Of a stretch of DNA of 64,000 bases, positions 1 through 8,695 are shown one piece after another. Numbering within the stretch: position 1 is the stretch's first letter; each line of letters begins with the position of its first letter. The stretch is from an uncultured Lachnospiraceae bacterium (GTDB taxonomy: Bacteria; Bacillota; Clostridia; Lachnospirales; Lachnospiraceae): assembly GCA_902770965.1 (NCBI GenBank), contig CACXUY010000014.1, forward strand, positions 1,841-65,840, read 5' to 3'. The notes under the pieces were generated by a model. That model worked only from the letters and a program-made list of their open reading frames with translations, had not been told where the DNA came from and ran no database searches. The position numbers and the translations under genes are program-made.

Positions 1-173
1 TGAGGCGAATGGCGGTACGGTACAGCAGAACATGACGAATAATGTACAGAGTATATACGGATATGTTCAGAGGTAACGCGTCTGAGATTTTATGAAACCG
101 AATCAGACGGAGCCGCAGGAAAGTGTTTATGAGAAACGAGGACTATTGATTTTGTATTATCTTCAAAAAGCAT

Positions 174-200
174 TGACATTTCCTTCAGAACTGCTATAAT
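174..200 (+). promoter_or_regulatory. sigma70-type promoter candidate upstream of higB/higA
   Basis: TTGACA at 174-179 and TGcTATAAT (extended -10) at 192-200, with a 15-nt spacer. An AAGGAGG RBS follows at 228-234. Confidence 0.45.
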
Positions 201-292
201 TGACTTACCTAAAAGGTAAGTTTTTATAAGGAGGGGATCCTGCTCTGAACGTTGAGTATGAGGACGATGAGGTCAAAGAACTATTTGACGAT

Positions 293-619
293 TTGAATGA
301 TGTCGGTAATTCTAAGAACTTAATGAAAAAGGAGATTGGTGCTCAATTAACGAAGGCTGTTAAGAAACGATATAATCAAATCGTAGCGTTCACCTCGTTT
401 TCAGCACTTCAACAATCTGGAATAGGAAAAATGGAATCCCTGGAGGGTGACCGAAAGGGGTCATATTCGTTAAGAGTTTCCGCGAACTATCGTTTGATTG
501 TTAAACCAAAAGCAAAAGATTTAAGCGCAGAAAGCCTTAAGGGTTGCGACACACTAATTATCGAAGGGGTGATTGATTATCATGGTAAAGGGAAAAAATT
601 CAGTTGGATTATCCCGTGA
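293..619 (+). CDS. higB: HigB-like toxin (RelE/ParE superfamily, plasmid maintenance system killer type)
   Basis: LEGDRKGSYSLRVSANYRLIV...IIEGVIDYH matches the HigB signature (LKGDRxGxWSIxVxxNWRIxF...Y.DYH). The ORF-track start is TTG 293. The frame is open from 230, and a conserved-looking N-terminal strand (VEYEDDEVKELF) lies upstream, reachable only from CTG 245, 8 nt after the RBS. Confidence 0.75.
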   Translation: MNDVGNSKNLMKKEIGAQLTKAVKKRYNQIVAFTSFSALQQSGIGKMESLEGDRKGSYSLRVSANYRLIVKPKAKDLSAESLKGCDTLIIEGVIDYHGKGKKFSWIIP

Positions 620-1661
620 TTTTATTATTCATCCGGGAGAGACATTAGCGGAAGTACTTGAAGACAGGGAGATGTCGCAAAGGGAGCTTGCTGTCAGAAC
701 TGGAATGACTGAAAAGCATATCAGCACAGTTATTCATGGACAGAAGGGTATATCGGCTGCTTTTGCAAGAAAGTTAGAGTATGCTTTGGGAATTGAGACA
801 GCCTTCTGGATGAATCTTCAAGCAAATTACGACCGTGAATTACTTGAGTTTGAGGAAGTGAATAATATCACTGAAGCCGAATTAGGCGTTCTGAAAAATC
901 TTAAGGAAGTTACAGAAGTCTGGACGTCTTTTGGATGGCTTGATGAAGAAACGAACCCTGCCGCAATGGTGCTGGATTTTCGGATGATTTTTGGTATTAG
1001 TAATCTGCTCGATACTCCGAAAATTTCATATGCAGCTGCTTACCGTGCGCAAAACAAAAATGTAGATCCGTATGTACTATTTGCATGGCAAAGAATGTGT
1101 GAGCTTCTTACAAAGAACATCGAAATAGCTGATGAGGTAGACACGGAAAAGCTCAGAGAGATGATACCTGATATTAAACAGGTAATGTTCATGAGGGCAA
1201 ATCAAATTCAGAAGAAGTTGACTGCTATTTTTTCTGAATGTGGAATTGCTTTTAGAATAGTTCCGAACTTTACTGGTGCGCCGGTGCAGGGCTTTATTAA
1301 GAAAACAGAAGATGGGGCATTAATTCTTTGCATGACATTGAGACAAAAGTTTGCTGATATCTTCTGGTTCACGCTTTTTCATGAAATTGCCCATATTTTA
1401 AATGGCGATACAAAGCATGTATTCATTGATTTTGATTCAGTATCGGGAGAAGTTGAATCAAAGGCTGATAGTATGGCAGGCGAATTCCTGATTGATTCAA
1501 AGGCATATAAGAAGTTTGTTGCTGCAGAGGGATATAAACGGGCAAGTGAGATTGAACGATTTGCAAGTACACAGAAGGTGAAAGATTATATTGTTCAGGG
1601 TAGGCTTATGAAGGAAGAAATAATTCCTTGGAAGGCTCGACCAAGATACGAGTGGGCGTAG
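573..1661 (+). CDS. higA: HigA-type XRE-HTH antitoxin fused to an ImmA/IrrE (COG2856) zinc-metallopeptidase domain
   Basis: The N-terminus (IHPGETLAEVLEDREMSQRELA...FARKLEYALGIETAFWMNLQANYD) looks like a HigA/VapI HTH. The C-terminus carries FHEIAHILNGD, an HExxH motif of ImmA/IrrE type. The gene overlaps the end of higB; ATG 582 is an alternative start. Confidence 0.75.
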   Translation: MIIMVKGKNSVGLSRDFIIHPGETLAEVLEDREMSQRELAVRTGMTEKHISTVIHGQKGISAAFARKLEYALGIETAFWMNLQANYDRELLEFEEVNNITEAELGVLKNLKEVTEVWTSFGWLDEETNPAAMVLDFRMIFGISNLLDTPKISYAAAYRAQNKNVDPYVLFAWQRMCELLTKNIEIADEVDTEKLREMIPDIKQVMFMRANQIQKKLTAIFSECGIAFRIVPNFTGAPVQGFIKKTEDGALILCMTLRQKFADIFWFTLFHEIAHILNGDTKHVFIDFDSVSGEVESKADSMAGEFLIDSKAYKKFVAAEGYKRASEIERFASTQKVKDYIVQGRLMKEEIIPWKARPRYEWA

Positions 1662-1684
1662 TATTGATAACGATTTGGTTAAAG

Positions 1685-1718
1685 GCATCTGTCAACATGC
1701 ATGGCAGATGCTTTTATT
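1685..1718 (+). terminator. rho-independent terminator after higA
   Basis: GCATCTGTC (1685-1693) pairs with GGCAGATGC (1703-1711, one G-U pair), followed by TTTTATT. Confidence 0.6.
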
Positions 1719-1721
1719 ATA

Positions 1722-2100
1722 GGGTGCCCGGCGGCGCACGTTTCTAACGGGTGAAAGTCCCGAATCTGCCCGGTAGTGGGAAGGATATAGCCTAAGGCAA
1801 GGCTGCCATACAAGTCGAAGCCCGATAACTACACGGAATAGTTTGCAGTAGAAATGGTGGGTGGATGGCGGGGAAGGAACGATTCAATAGTTCAAGACAA
1901 AGAAGCGCAAGTTGATATGTCTGGGCGTTTCGGAATATTTTGCGCATCAGACGGCAGGGGGCCGCTGCGGGTACTGGTGGACGACCAACACAGGAGCGGT
2001 CAAAAGAGCATTAACAAAAGAAAGACTGGTACGGTGGGGGTGTTACGATCTCGCCACTGTGTACCAGGCAGTGTACGTAAAACTATTGAAACCGTCGTGT
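1722..2100 (+). ncRNA. structured non-coding region; candidate 5' (domain I-III) remnant of a group II intron with no RT ORF
   Basis: It begins GUGCC directly after the terminator. It contains UAACGGGUGAAAGUCCCGAAUC, GGUAGUGGGAAGG and AGCCUAAGGCAAGG, which I recall from bacterial group II intron 5' regions. There is no credible ORF across about 700 nt, and I found no domain V consensus. Confidence 0.3.
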
Positions 2101-2270
2101 CTTGGATCAAAAAACGGCAAATTGATACCTTCCTCCATAACTTATCTTTTTTATCATGAGTCCTATCAACGGTGCGTTGTCTTGTTTTGAAATCTTGTAC
2201 CGATTTGTGTCCAGGATCGCACTGTACAGCACAGGCCGTAACATCGGTCGCTTCAGCACAAATCCCTTCC

Positions 2271-2315
2271 CACACCATCCGTTCCCACACCATCCGTTCC
2301 CACACCATCCGTTCC
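2271..2315. repeat. 3 x 15-bp perfect tandem repeat (CACACCATCCGTTCC)
   Basis: Direct reading gives units at 2271-2285, 2286-2300 and 2301-2315. The repeat accounts for all the small overlapping ORFs in the track here. Confidence 0.9.
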
Positions 2316-2419
2316 GGCAACCAAGCGAATGGATTGACAAAAATCATGGATAGAGATAAAATTGTCTTGCGGTCTATAGTAGGTAAACTTTTGTGACAGA
2401 TTAATATCAGAGGTAAAAT

Positions 2420-2776
2420 ATGAGCCATTATCAGATGGGAGTATTGGAAACACGCTTTGCGAAAATCATATGGGAAAATGAACCCTTGTCATCTGGACAG
2501 CTGGTTGGGCTTGCCGCACAGGAATTGAACTGGAAAAAGTCGACCACGTTCACAGTGCTGAGAAGGCTCTGCGATAAGGGGATTTTCCAAAACAACAAGG
2601 GCACAGTAACGTCATTGTTGTCGCCTGACCAATATGCCACAGCTCAGAGCACGCAGTTTGTGAATGAAGCTTTTTGTGGATCCCTGCCGGCTTTTCTGGC
2701 TGCTTTTACTGCAGGACGAAAGTTGACGGAAGAGGAAATTTCTGAATTGCGCGATATCATTAAGTCGCAAGAGTAG
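2420..2776 (+). CDS. BlaI/MecI/CopY-family winged-helix transcriptional repressor
   Basis: 118 aa. The profile is typical of penicillinase-repressor family proteins (LSxxELxIMxxxW-like N-terminus, here ETRFAKIIWENEPLSSGQLV, then WKKSTTFTVLRRLCDKG). It lies directly upstream of an M56 peptidase gene. Confidence 0.8.
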   Translation: MSHYQMGVLETRFAKIIWENEPLSSGQLVGLAAQELNWKKSTTFTVLRRLCDKGIFQNNKGTVTSLLSPDQYATAQSTQFVNEAFCGSLPAFLAAFTAGRKLTEEEISELRDIIKSQE

Positions 2777-2825
2777 GTATATTAGGGAAAGTATGCCTTA
2801 TATTGTTCTGAAAAAGGTGTTATAA

Positions 2826-5090
2826 ATGGTAGACATTTTTCTGGAAGTGTTTAATCGCAGCGTTACGGCCGGCTGGCTCATATTAGTCGTTTTATTTTTG
2901 CGCATATTATTGCGTAGAACTCCTAAGAAGTACTTTGTTATATTATGGGCGCTGGTGGGAGTGCGTCTGATTCTGCCGTTTTCTCCGACTAGCAAATGGA
3001 GCATGATCCCTAGTTTTCAAACCATTCCAAAAGATGCTTTGTTATCTGGACAACCGGTGATAAATAGCGGCATTAGCATAGTAGACAACACGCTCAACCC
3101 CTTGGCAGACAGGCTACTTACGTCTATAGACGAGCCAGAAGAAAGCAAAGAAGATGCTTCATCTATAGATGGAACAACAGATTCAACCAATAAACGTAAT
3201 GGCTATGCGCTTTCAAATCCGAAGACTGAACAGCTTTCCAATCAACACAGTCCGAAAGAAGATCAGGATTCTGATGCCTCGATGCCTGACGCAGACTCTA
3301 AAGCCAAAACTGTATTCAGAATTGCCAAGATTGCCGCATTGACATGGATAATCGGGGTATTATTGATGCATTTATATGCCCTCATCAACTATTATCTCAT
3401 ACGTAGAAAGGTTGAAGTATCTTTCAAGATTGGAGACGGTATTCGAGTTTGCGATTATGTAGATTCCCCTTTCATTTTGGGGATTCTGAATCCTTGTATT
3501 TATCTGCCTTCGGATATTTCTGACAATGATGCCTTCTATGTTCTTGCACATGAACGGGCACATCTGGGGCACAAAGACAATTTATGGAAGCCCATAGGAT
3601 ACCTGCTGCTCTCTATATATTGGATCAATCCGTTAGTTTGGGCTGCATTCATTATGTTCTGCCGCGACATTGAGTTTGCCTGCGATGAGCACGTTGTAAA
3701 CGGGTTTGAACCCGAAGAAAAAACAAACTATGCCTCTACATTATTAAAGCTGAGCATTTTACACAGGGAAGCAATATCTCTACCATTGACCTTTGGTGAG
3801 GTTAGCGTAAAGCAACGCATAAAAAACGTGCTGAAGCACAAAAAAGCTGAGAGAAAACATATAATGGCGTGGTGGTTGGCATTTTTTGCGTTCGTCCTCT
3901 GTTTTATGACCAATCCGAAACCAATGAGCGCAAGACAATTTACTTTGCCGAAGCACAATCGAAATCAATTGATAGACGATAACACATTGTATGCAGACAC
4001 AGATGCGCATAAAGATACCTCCTACTTGATATCAGACAGATTTATGGCTGATTCTGATGACAGCCACAAGCATGAAATCATAATAAACACAGGGGATTTC
4101 ACGACAGAAGACCTGCATAAGACAGTAGAGGAATATGTTTCTGAACTATTGCATGTTTTTGAAGAAGGAAACATGAGAACTTTCAGCCCTCAAGAGTTTG
4201 CCTCAATTAACGGATATATTGTTGCTAAAAGCCTGATTAATGACCGTATTTCTTATATGGAGCAGAATGGCGAAGGCATTCGTCATCTGAGCATAAGTGT
4301 CCAGATAGATTCCGATGTTGTGGAAAACAAGGATTCTATATTGGTGGGGGCAGAAGGAACCATGCGTTATTCCGCTAATGGACACAATTGGGAAATAAGG
4401 CATCATTATAATGTTACAGTTGTAAATACCAATGGCGAATTGCAGTGTAAAGATATTGACACAGACGATGATGAAAATGTTGTATTTGCAAAAAAACAGA
4501 TCAGTGATTTGAAAGAAGAAGAAAAAGTGGCTTATGTAGACCATTTCTTTAAAAGCGAAGAAGCAATGGCGAATCCCATGTATCCATTGAGGCGGGCGAT
4601 ATTAGAATATGCTGAATCCATCACTTCGTCCGCAAACGGAGCTAACCCGACGGATTATTCGGCAGACGAATTTGAGACTGTAAACGGATACCTGGCTGCA
4701 AAGTACTATCAAACATTGCGTGAATGGTATCAAGAAAAAGGTTATACGGTTAAAGACCACCATGCTACCGGTGTGATTATAGATAGTATATACGATTTGG
4801 AAAATAGCAATAATAAACGACAAAAAATAGTCGAAGGATCTATCTGCTGCGTATATACGGATCCTGTAATGGGGACGCTTCAACACTATACAAGGCGGAT
4901 AGAAGTTCTCTTGGAAATGAGTGGAGAAACGGCATATCGCATAGTCGGCTTTAACAGTATCGGAAGCCATGAAATCGAAGAATTTCTAAATGATAACTTG
5001 ATGACTAGAGATGAAAAAATCGTATTTATAGACAATAATATCAGAGAAGCTGTAATAAGTGACGGCTTGCTTCCGATGGATAACAAATAG
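2826..5090 (+). CDS. M56-family (BlaR1/MecR1-like) membrane metalloprotease signal transducer with a non-canonical extracellular domain
   Basis: It has N-terminal TM helices and LAHERAHLGHKDNLWK (HExxH), followed by CDEHV, as in BlaR1. The C-terminal ~400 aa contain two copies of a ~100-aa module (EFASINGYIVAKSL..., EFETVNGYLAAKYY...). Confidence 0.8.
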   Translation: MVDIFLEVFNRSVTAGWLILVVLFLRILLRRTPKKYFVILWALVGVRLILPFSPTSKWSMIPSFQTIPKDALLSGQPVINSGISIVDNTLNPLADRLLTSIDEPEESKEDASSIDGTTDSTNKRNGYALSNPKTEQLSNQHSPKEDQDSDASMPDADSKAKTVFRIAKIAALTWIIGVLLMHLYALINYYLIRRKVEVSFKIGDGIRVCDYVDSPFILGILNPCIYLPSDISDNDAFYVLAHERAHLGHKDNLWKPIGYLLLSIYWINPLVWAAFIMFCRDIEFACDEHVVNGFEPEEKTNYASTLLKLSILHREAISLPLTFGEVSVKQRIKNVLKHKKAERKHIMAWWLAFFAFVLCFMTNPKPMSARQFTLPKHNRNQLIDDNTLYADTDAHKDTSYLISDRFMADSDDSHKHEIIINTGDFTTEDLHKTVEEYVSELLHVFEEGNMRTFSPQEFASINGYIVAKSLINDRISYMEQNGEGIRHLSISVQIDSDVVENKDSILVGAEGTMRYSANGHNWEIRHHYNVTVVNTNGELQCKDIDTDDDENVVFAKKQISDLKEEEKVAYVDHFFKSEEAMANPMYPLRRAILEYAESITSSANGANPTDYSADEFETVNGYLAAKYYQTLREWYQEKGYTVKDHHATGVIIDSIYDLENSNNKRQKIVEGSICCVYTDPVMGTLQHYTRRIEVLLEMSGETAYRIVGFNSIGSHEIEEFLNDNLMTRDEKIVFIDNNIREAVISDGLLPMDNK

Positions 5091-5141
5091 ACAGATATGG
5101 ATGTATAGATTTTTTATTAATATTATCCTCAAAGACATTGA

Positions 5142-5197
5142 CAGAAGGGGCTACATCATGTAAACTACTAATAGTTTACATGATGTAGCCCCTTCTG
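5142..5197. repeat. perfect long inverted repeat (hairpin) after the M56 gene
   Basis: CAGAAGGGGCTACATCATGTAAACT (5142-5166) is the exact reverse complement of AGTTTACATGATGTAGCCCCTTCTG (5173-5197), with a 6-nt loop ACTAAT (5167-5172). There is no T-run after it. Confidence 0.85.
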
Positions 5198-5288
5198 CAA
5201 TCAAATTGATTCTTAAGGGAGCAGTAGATAGCGCTGTCTGCTGCGCGTTCGCAAAGGTCCGTTAGTTATCATAAACAGGAGGCAGATA

Positions 5289-6182
5289 ATGAAAAATACT
5301 TATAAACTTATTGTGGTATTCATTCTAACAGTTGGTATATTCGGGATGAGTGCTTCCCGAGCGCACGCAGAATTGAAAGCTGATAACGCATCGTTAAAGA
5401 CATGTATTCAATTGTTTTGTGAAAAAATGTACGGAAGCATGTTGGCAGACAGCTCGACGAGCTTTTCAAAAGATGATTTTTTGACTGTTGATGGATACCT
5501 TACCGCAAAGGTATTTGAGGCAAAAAGAGATTATGAGCAGATTGACGTGCCCGGTGGTTTTACATATGTGAAAATCACAGATGTTATCATAAAGGGGATG
5601 GAGCAAGAAAAGAAAGGAGACATTTGCGTCACCGCTCGAATAAAATGCGATTATGTTTCCGGGGATGAAGCTAGTTACTGGGGGAACGATTATCAGTTTA
5701 CTGTACGGGTGGAAGGTGAATCGCTATCAGTTGTGGATGTGAAGGCATTGGAAGGTGATGAATTTTTAAATATCAGGGATTCGCTGCCTCTTTGGCAGGA
5801 AAAATGCAGCTATGCCGGAGAAGACTGGGAATATGAGGCAATTGACCTAATTCTCGACAATAAAAAGTTTGATGTAAAGGACCTGGTTCAGATTGATAAG
5901 ATAGAGCCAGAACCCGAAGCACCAGACAGAGTCGTAAACAGTGAGGAAGGGACAAAGTCAATAACCGTCTCATATAATACATATACCCATTCTGTTTTTT
6001 TCCATACTTCTGGAACCAATTACATACAGGATGCCGCAGATTTATATGTTTGCCAACATACCAGTTATAATCCTCATAGGCGTTTATCGGCGATCATTCG
6101 TTCATATTCTGCCAATGATCCTGATAATACTCCCTGTTACATGCGACGGATGCGGTTTTACAATGGCGTTTTTAATTCATGA
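5289..6182 (+). CDS. secreted protein of unknown function sharing a module with the M56 sensor domain
   Basis: It has a signal peptide (MKNTYKLIVVFILTVGIFGMSASRAHA). DFLTVDGYLTAKVFEAKRDY parallels the two modules in the preceding protein. The last ~80 aa look atypical, so the C-terminus is uncertain. Confidence 0.55.
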   Translation: MKNTYKLIVVFILTVGIFGMSASRAHAELKADNASLKTCIQLFCEKMYGSMLADSSTSFSKDDFLTVDGYLTAKVFEAKRDYEQIDVPGGFTYVKITDVIIKGMEQEKKGDICVTARIKCDYVSGDEASYWGNDYQFTVRVEGESLSVVDVKALEGDEFLNIRDSLPLWQEKCSYAGEDWEYEAIDLILDNKKFDVKDLVQIDKIEPEPEAPDRVVNSEEGTKSITVSYNTYTHSVFFHTSGTNYIQDAADLYVCQHTSYNPHRRLSAIIRSYSANDPDNTPCYMRRMRFYNGVFNS

Positions 6183-6232
6183 TATAAAATATTTAGGGTT
6201 AGCTGAATCAATGTCAGTAAGTTAGGTTGAAA

Positions 6233-6269
6233 GGGTTAGATTCCATGAGGGGTCTAACCCTATTTTTTT
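6233..6269 (+). terminator. rho-independent terminator
   Basis: GGGTTAGA ... TCTAACCC stem followed by TATTTTTTT. Confidence 0.65.
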
Positions 6270-6315
6270 GATAAAATTTCTCCAAAGGGGTTGACACAGA
6301 ACCCAAAATGTGTGG

Positions 6316-6398
6316 CCGCTCTCGCTACTGATTGAATGACAAGAGGTAGCGAGAGCGGACCTTGAAATTGGAAATGTAACCGTTATTCCAATTTCAAG
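6316..6398. repeat. two adjacent 13-bp-stem hairpins
   Basis: CCGCTCTCGCTAC (6316-6328) pairs with GTAGCGAGAGCGG (6346-6358). CTTGAAATTGGAA (6361-6373) pairs with TTCCAATTTCAAG (6386-6398). Confidence 0.7.
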
Positions 6399-6541
6399 TA
6401 GGTACTTATGACCCACAAAAAAATCAGTAATATTTTGGACTCTGTTATTAAATGTCAAGGAATACAAATTGAGATCGTACAAAAGCGATCCCCTGACAGA
6501 ATGGTATGTATTATCGGAAGTTTACAATGTTTTTGATATGA

Positions 6542-7387
6542 TTATTGATGAAGTAAATGAGCATAATGACACGATGATATGAGTATCTTCAAGAAATCAA
6601 TGAAATCCTCGCTTTTATGTGTGTCCCTGACCAGGGGGATTGCTTCCCCGGTAAGCAGATCTATTGCTGCCAGAAGTGATACCGTCCCTAACCGTTTGTA
6701 TTCGTAATCTCTCTTAATCGTACCGCTCTCTACTGTGGGCGGAAGATCGGGAGACGTTGTGGCAATGGCCTGAATACCGGGCTTTTCATCATAGGATACG
6801 GTATGGATATCCTGCTCACCAGCAGGTATAAACAGTTCACCGTTTTCATCAAAAAGCATCTCTATCTGCTTATAAACCAGCAGTACCTGGTGCATCTTTG
6901 CATCGAAATCAGGATTGCGGTTCTCACAGTAGTACTGTATCCGGAACGGTTTTATATTTGCTGCATCCAGAATGTTTTTCACGCTTGTTTTGGTAAGCGT
7001 TGACAGCCTTGTATAACCAGCGCTTTCAGCTGCCTTATTGATATGCGCTGTCAGTTTCGCATAGGTCCATGTTTCGGCAGAGTAGCCGAACTCCACAGGC
7101 TTTTGGCAGGCGATATTTATAATCCAGGTTTTTTCATCGTCGGTGATTTCTGCATTCCGGCCTCTGCCTGGAGCATCATATATGGCGTTTTCAATACCGC
7201 CTTCTTTGAATTTTTTCAAACACAGAAGGACGCTGTTTCGATTAAGATCGACCTTGTCAGCGATCGCATCTACGGAATCGCCGCTCTCCTTTAGGAGAAG
7301 GATCCTTGCGCGGGAAACGACTTGAGCCTGAAGCGTACGTGTCCTAACGATAGATTCCAGACGATCATGATCTTCGGCGGAAAGCAC
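6542..7387 (-). mobile_element. IS630-family transposase gene, 3'-truncated (remnant)
   Basis: The N-terminal HTH region and the start of the DDE domain (VSYDEKPGIQA..., YKRLGTVSLLAAIDLLTGE) are present. The ORF stops at ~281 aa, before the usual second and third catalytic regions. I did not identify clear terminal inverted repeats. Confidence 0.7.
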
Positions 7388-7517
7388 TAAGGTATTGATT
7401 TTGCCATCACTGAATACCTCCTAAATTTGGATGCATTCAGTATAGCACAGAACCATTATTTAGTATAGTTATTTAATTTACGCTCTACTAGAGAAAAACG
7501 AAATCAAGATTCCTATA

Positions 7518-8123
7518 TTGCATAACATTGGCAAGGGTACATTAATCGGAGCTATGACAGGTATTATCTGGATTGGGGTTGCTGCAGGAGTACTTATATT
7601 GTCAAAACAGTTAACTGTTACAAATAAGAATGAAATCCCGACACTTTGGCTCTGGATTATATCTGCATGTATTAATGTCATTATGCAGGAACTTCTGGTG
7701 AGAGGTTACATATATCAGTTTCTGAAGGAAAGATACAATCTTCTGGCAGCAGTAATAGTCACAACGGTATTATTTACGGTTGTGCATGGCGGAGCATTTG
7801 AGGCAGGGGTTATTCCAGTTATTAATGTCATCACTATGTGCCTTTTTACTACGGCAATGTATGAGTCAGAAAAGACATTGCTTGCTCCGATAATGGCTCA
7901 TGCAATATGGAATATTGTTGGCGCACTTTTCCTTGGAGGAATTAGTCTGGCAGATGATTATCCTCACATGCTTACAATGCAGGCTTCTGCGAATACACTT
8001 TTGTCAGGCGGTGAATATAAGATTGAGGCGAGCATTGTAACACTGATTCTTAATGCCGCATTGTTTGCCATCTTTTATATTAAGGATGCCGATCAAGAGG
8101 AACGATGTGCGCATAGCAGATAA
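7518..8123 (+). CDS. CPBP-family (CAAX/Rce1-like) intramembrane protease, probably 5'-truncated
   Basis: Motifs QELLVRGY (EExxxR), FTVVHG and HAIWN are present, and the protein is multi-TM. It abuts the IS630 remnant and is shorter than typical family members. Confidence 0.65.
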   Translation: MHNIGKGTLIGAMTGIIWIGVAAGVLILSKQLTVTNKNEIPTLWLWIISACINVIMQELLVRGYIYQFLKERYNLLAAVIVTTVLFTVVHGGAFEAGVIPVINVITMCLFTTAMYESEKTLLAPIMAHAIWNIVGALFLGGISLADDYPHMLTMQASANTLLSGGEYKIEASIVTLILNAALFAIFYIKDADQEERCAHSR

Positions 8124-8695
8124 TGAGATGCTTTTCTTTGATGAAGTGCTGATAGGTATCGAGGTTCATGTTGTCTATAAGAAGAAAAAATCAAGGACGC
8201 CAGGTTCTTGTATGCGTTCGAGGTTGCGAAAACGGTCGCGGCATAAGAGGTATCTTATCTGGCAAATGCCAGAAAGAAGGGGACATTTTTCCCGGACAGC
8301 TACGCAAAGAAAAAGCAGGTGTTCGGTGTAATTGTCCTTGAATGAGATCAGGACCTCGAACCTTAAACGGCATATCAATGCTTCTATAGTGCCTGCGGCG
8401 GATCGCGGAAATACGCATCGCAAAGCGGTTTCGCCACCGCGCATTTTGCGGCGAGTGCACGTAAACACTCATATCGAATGATTGGGGAAACGCTGAAATG
8501 AAGGCGCATAATCTTGGGGATACATTGATCAGCGTTTCCCCACGCCATCGATTGAAAAGACTGATGGCTGTTTTGGATAATAATATTCAGGCGTAAGCTG
8601 CACAAGGCAAATGAAATGCGGCATCAATATAGTACAGTATAGCCCAAAAGAAGTCTGAAAGCAGCCCGGATAAAGCCTGCCGGGGGAGCATATTT

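Noticed and set aside
2000-2453. Cluster of 65-142-aa ORFs in all frames around 2000-2450
   Set aside because: Each contains a repeat-derived peptide (MVWER x3, PFPHH x3, GTDGV x3) produced by the 15-bp triple repeat. None has an RBS or motif. The region is more likely non-coding.
6222-6482. 86-aa minus-strand ORF next to the IS630 remnant
   Set aside because: It runs through a terminator and two hairpins, so it is probably non-coding flank of the IS remnant.
8175-8605. Three overlapping minus-strand ORFs (73-97 aa) as possible genes
   Set aside because: They have no RBS and no recognisable motif, and they overlap one another. I recorded the region as a coding gap rather than annotating genes.
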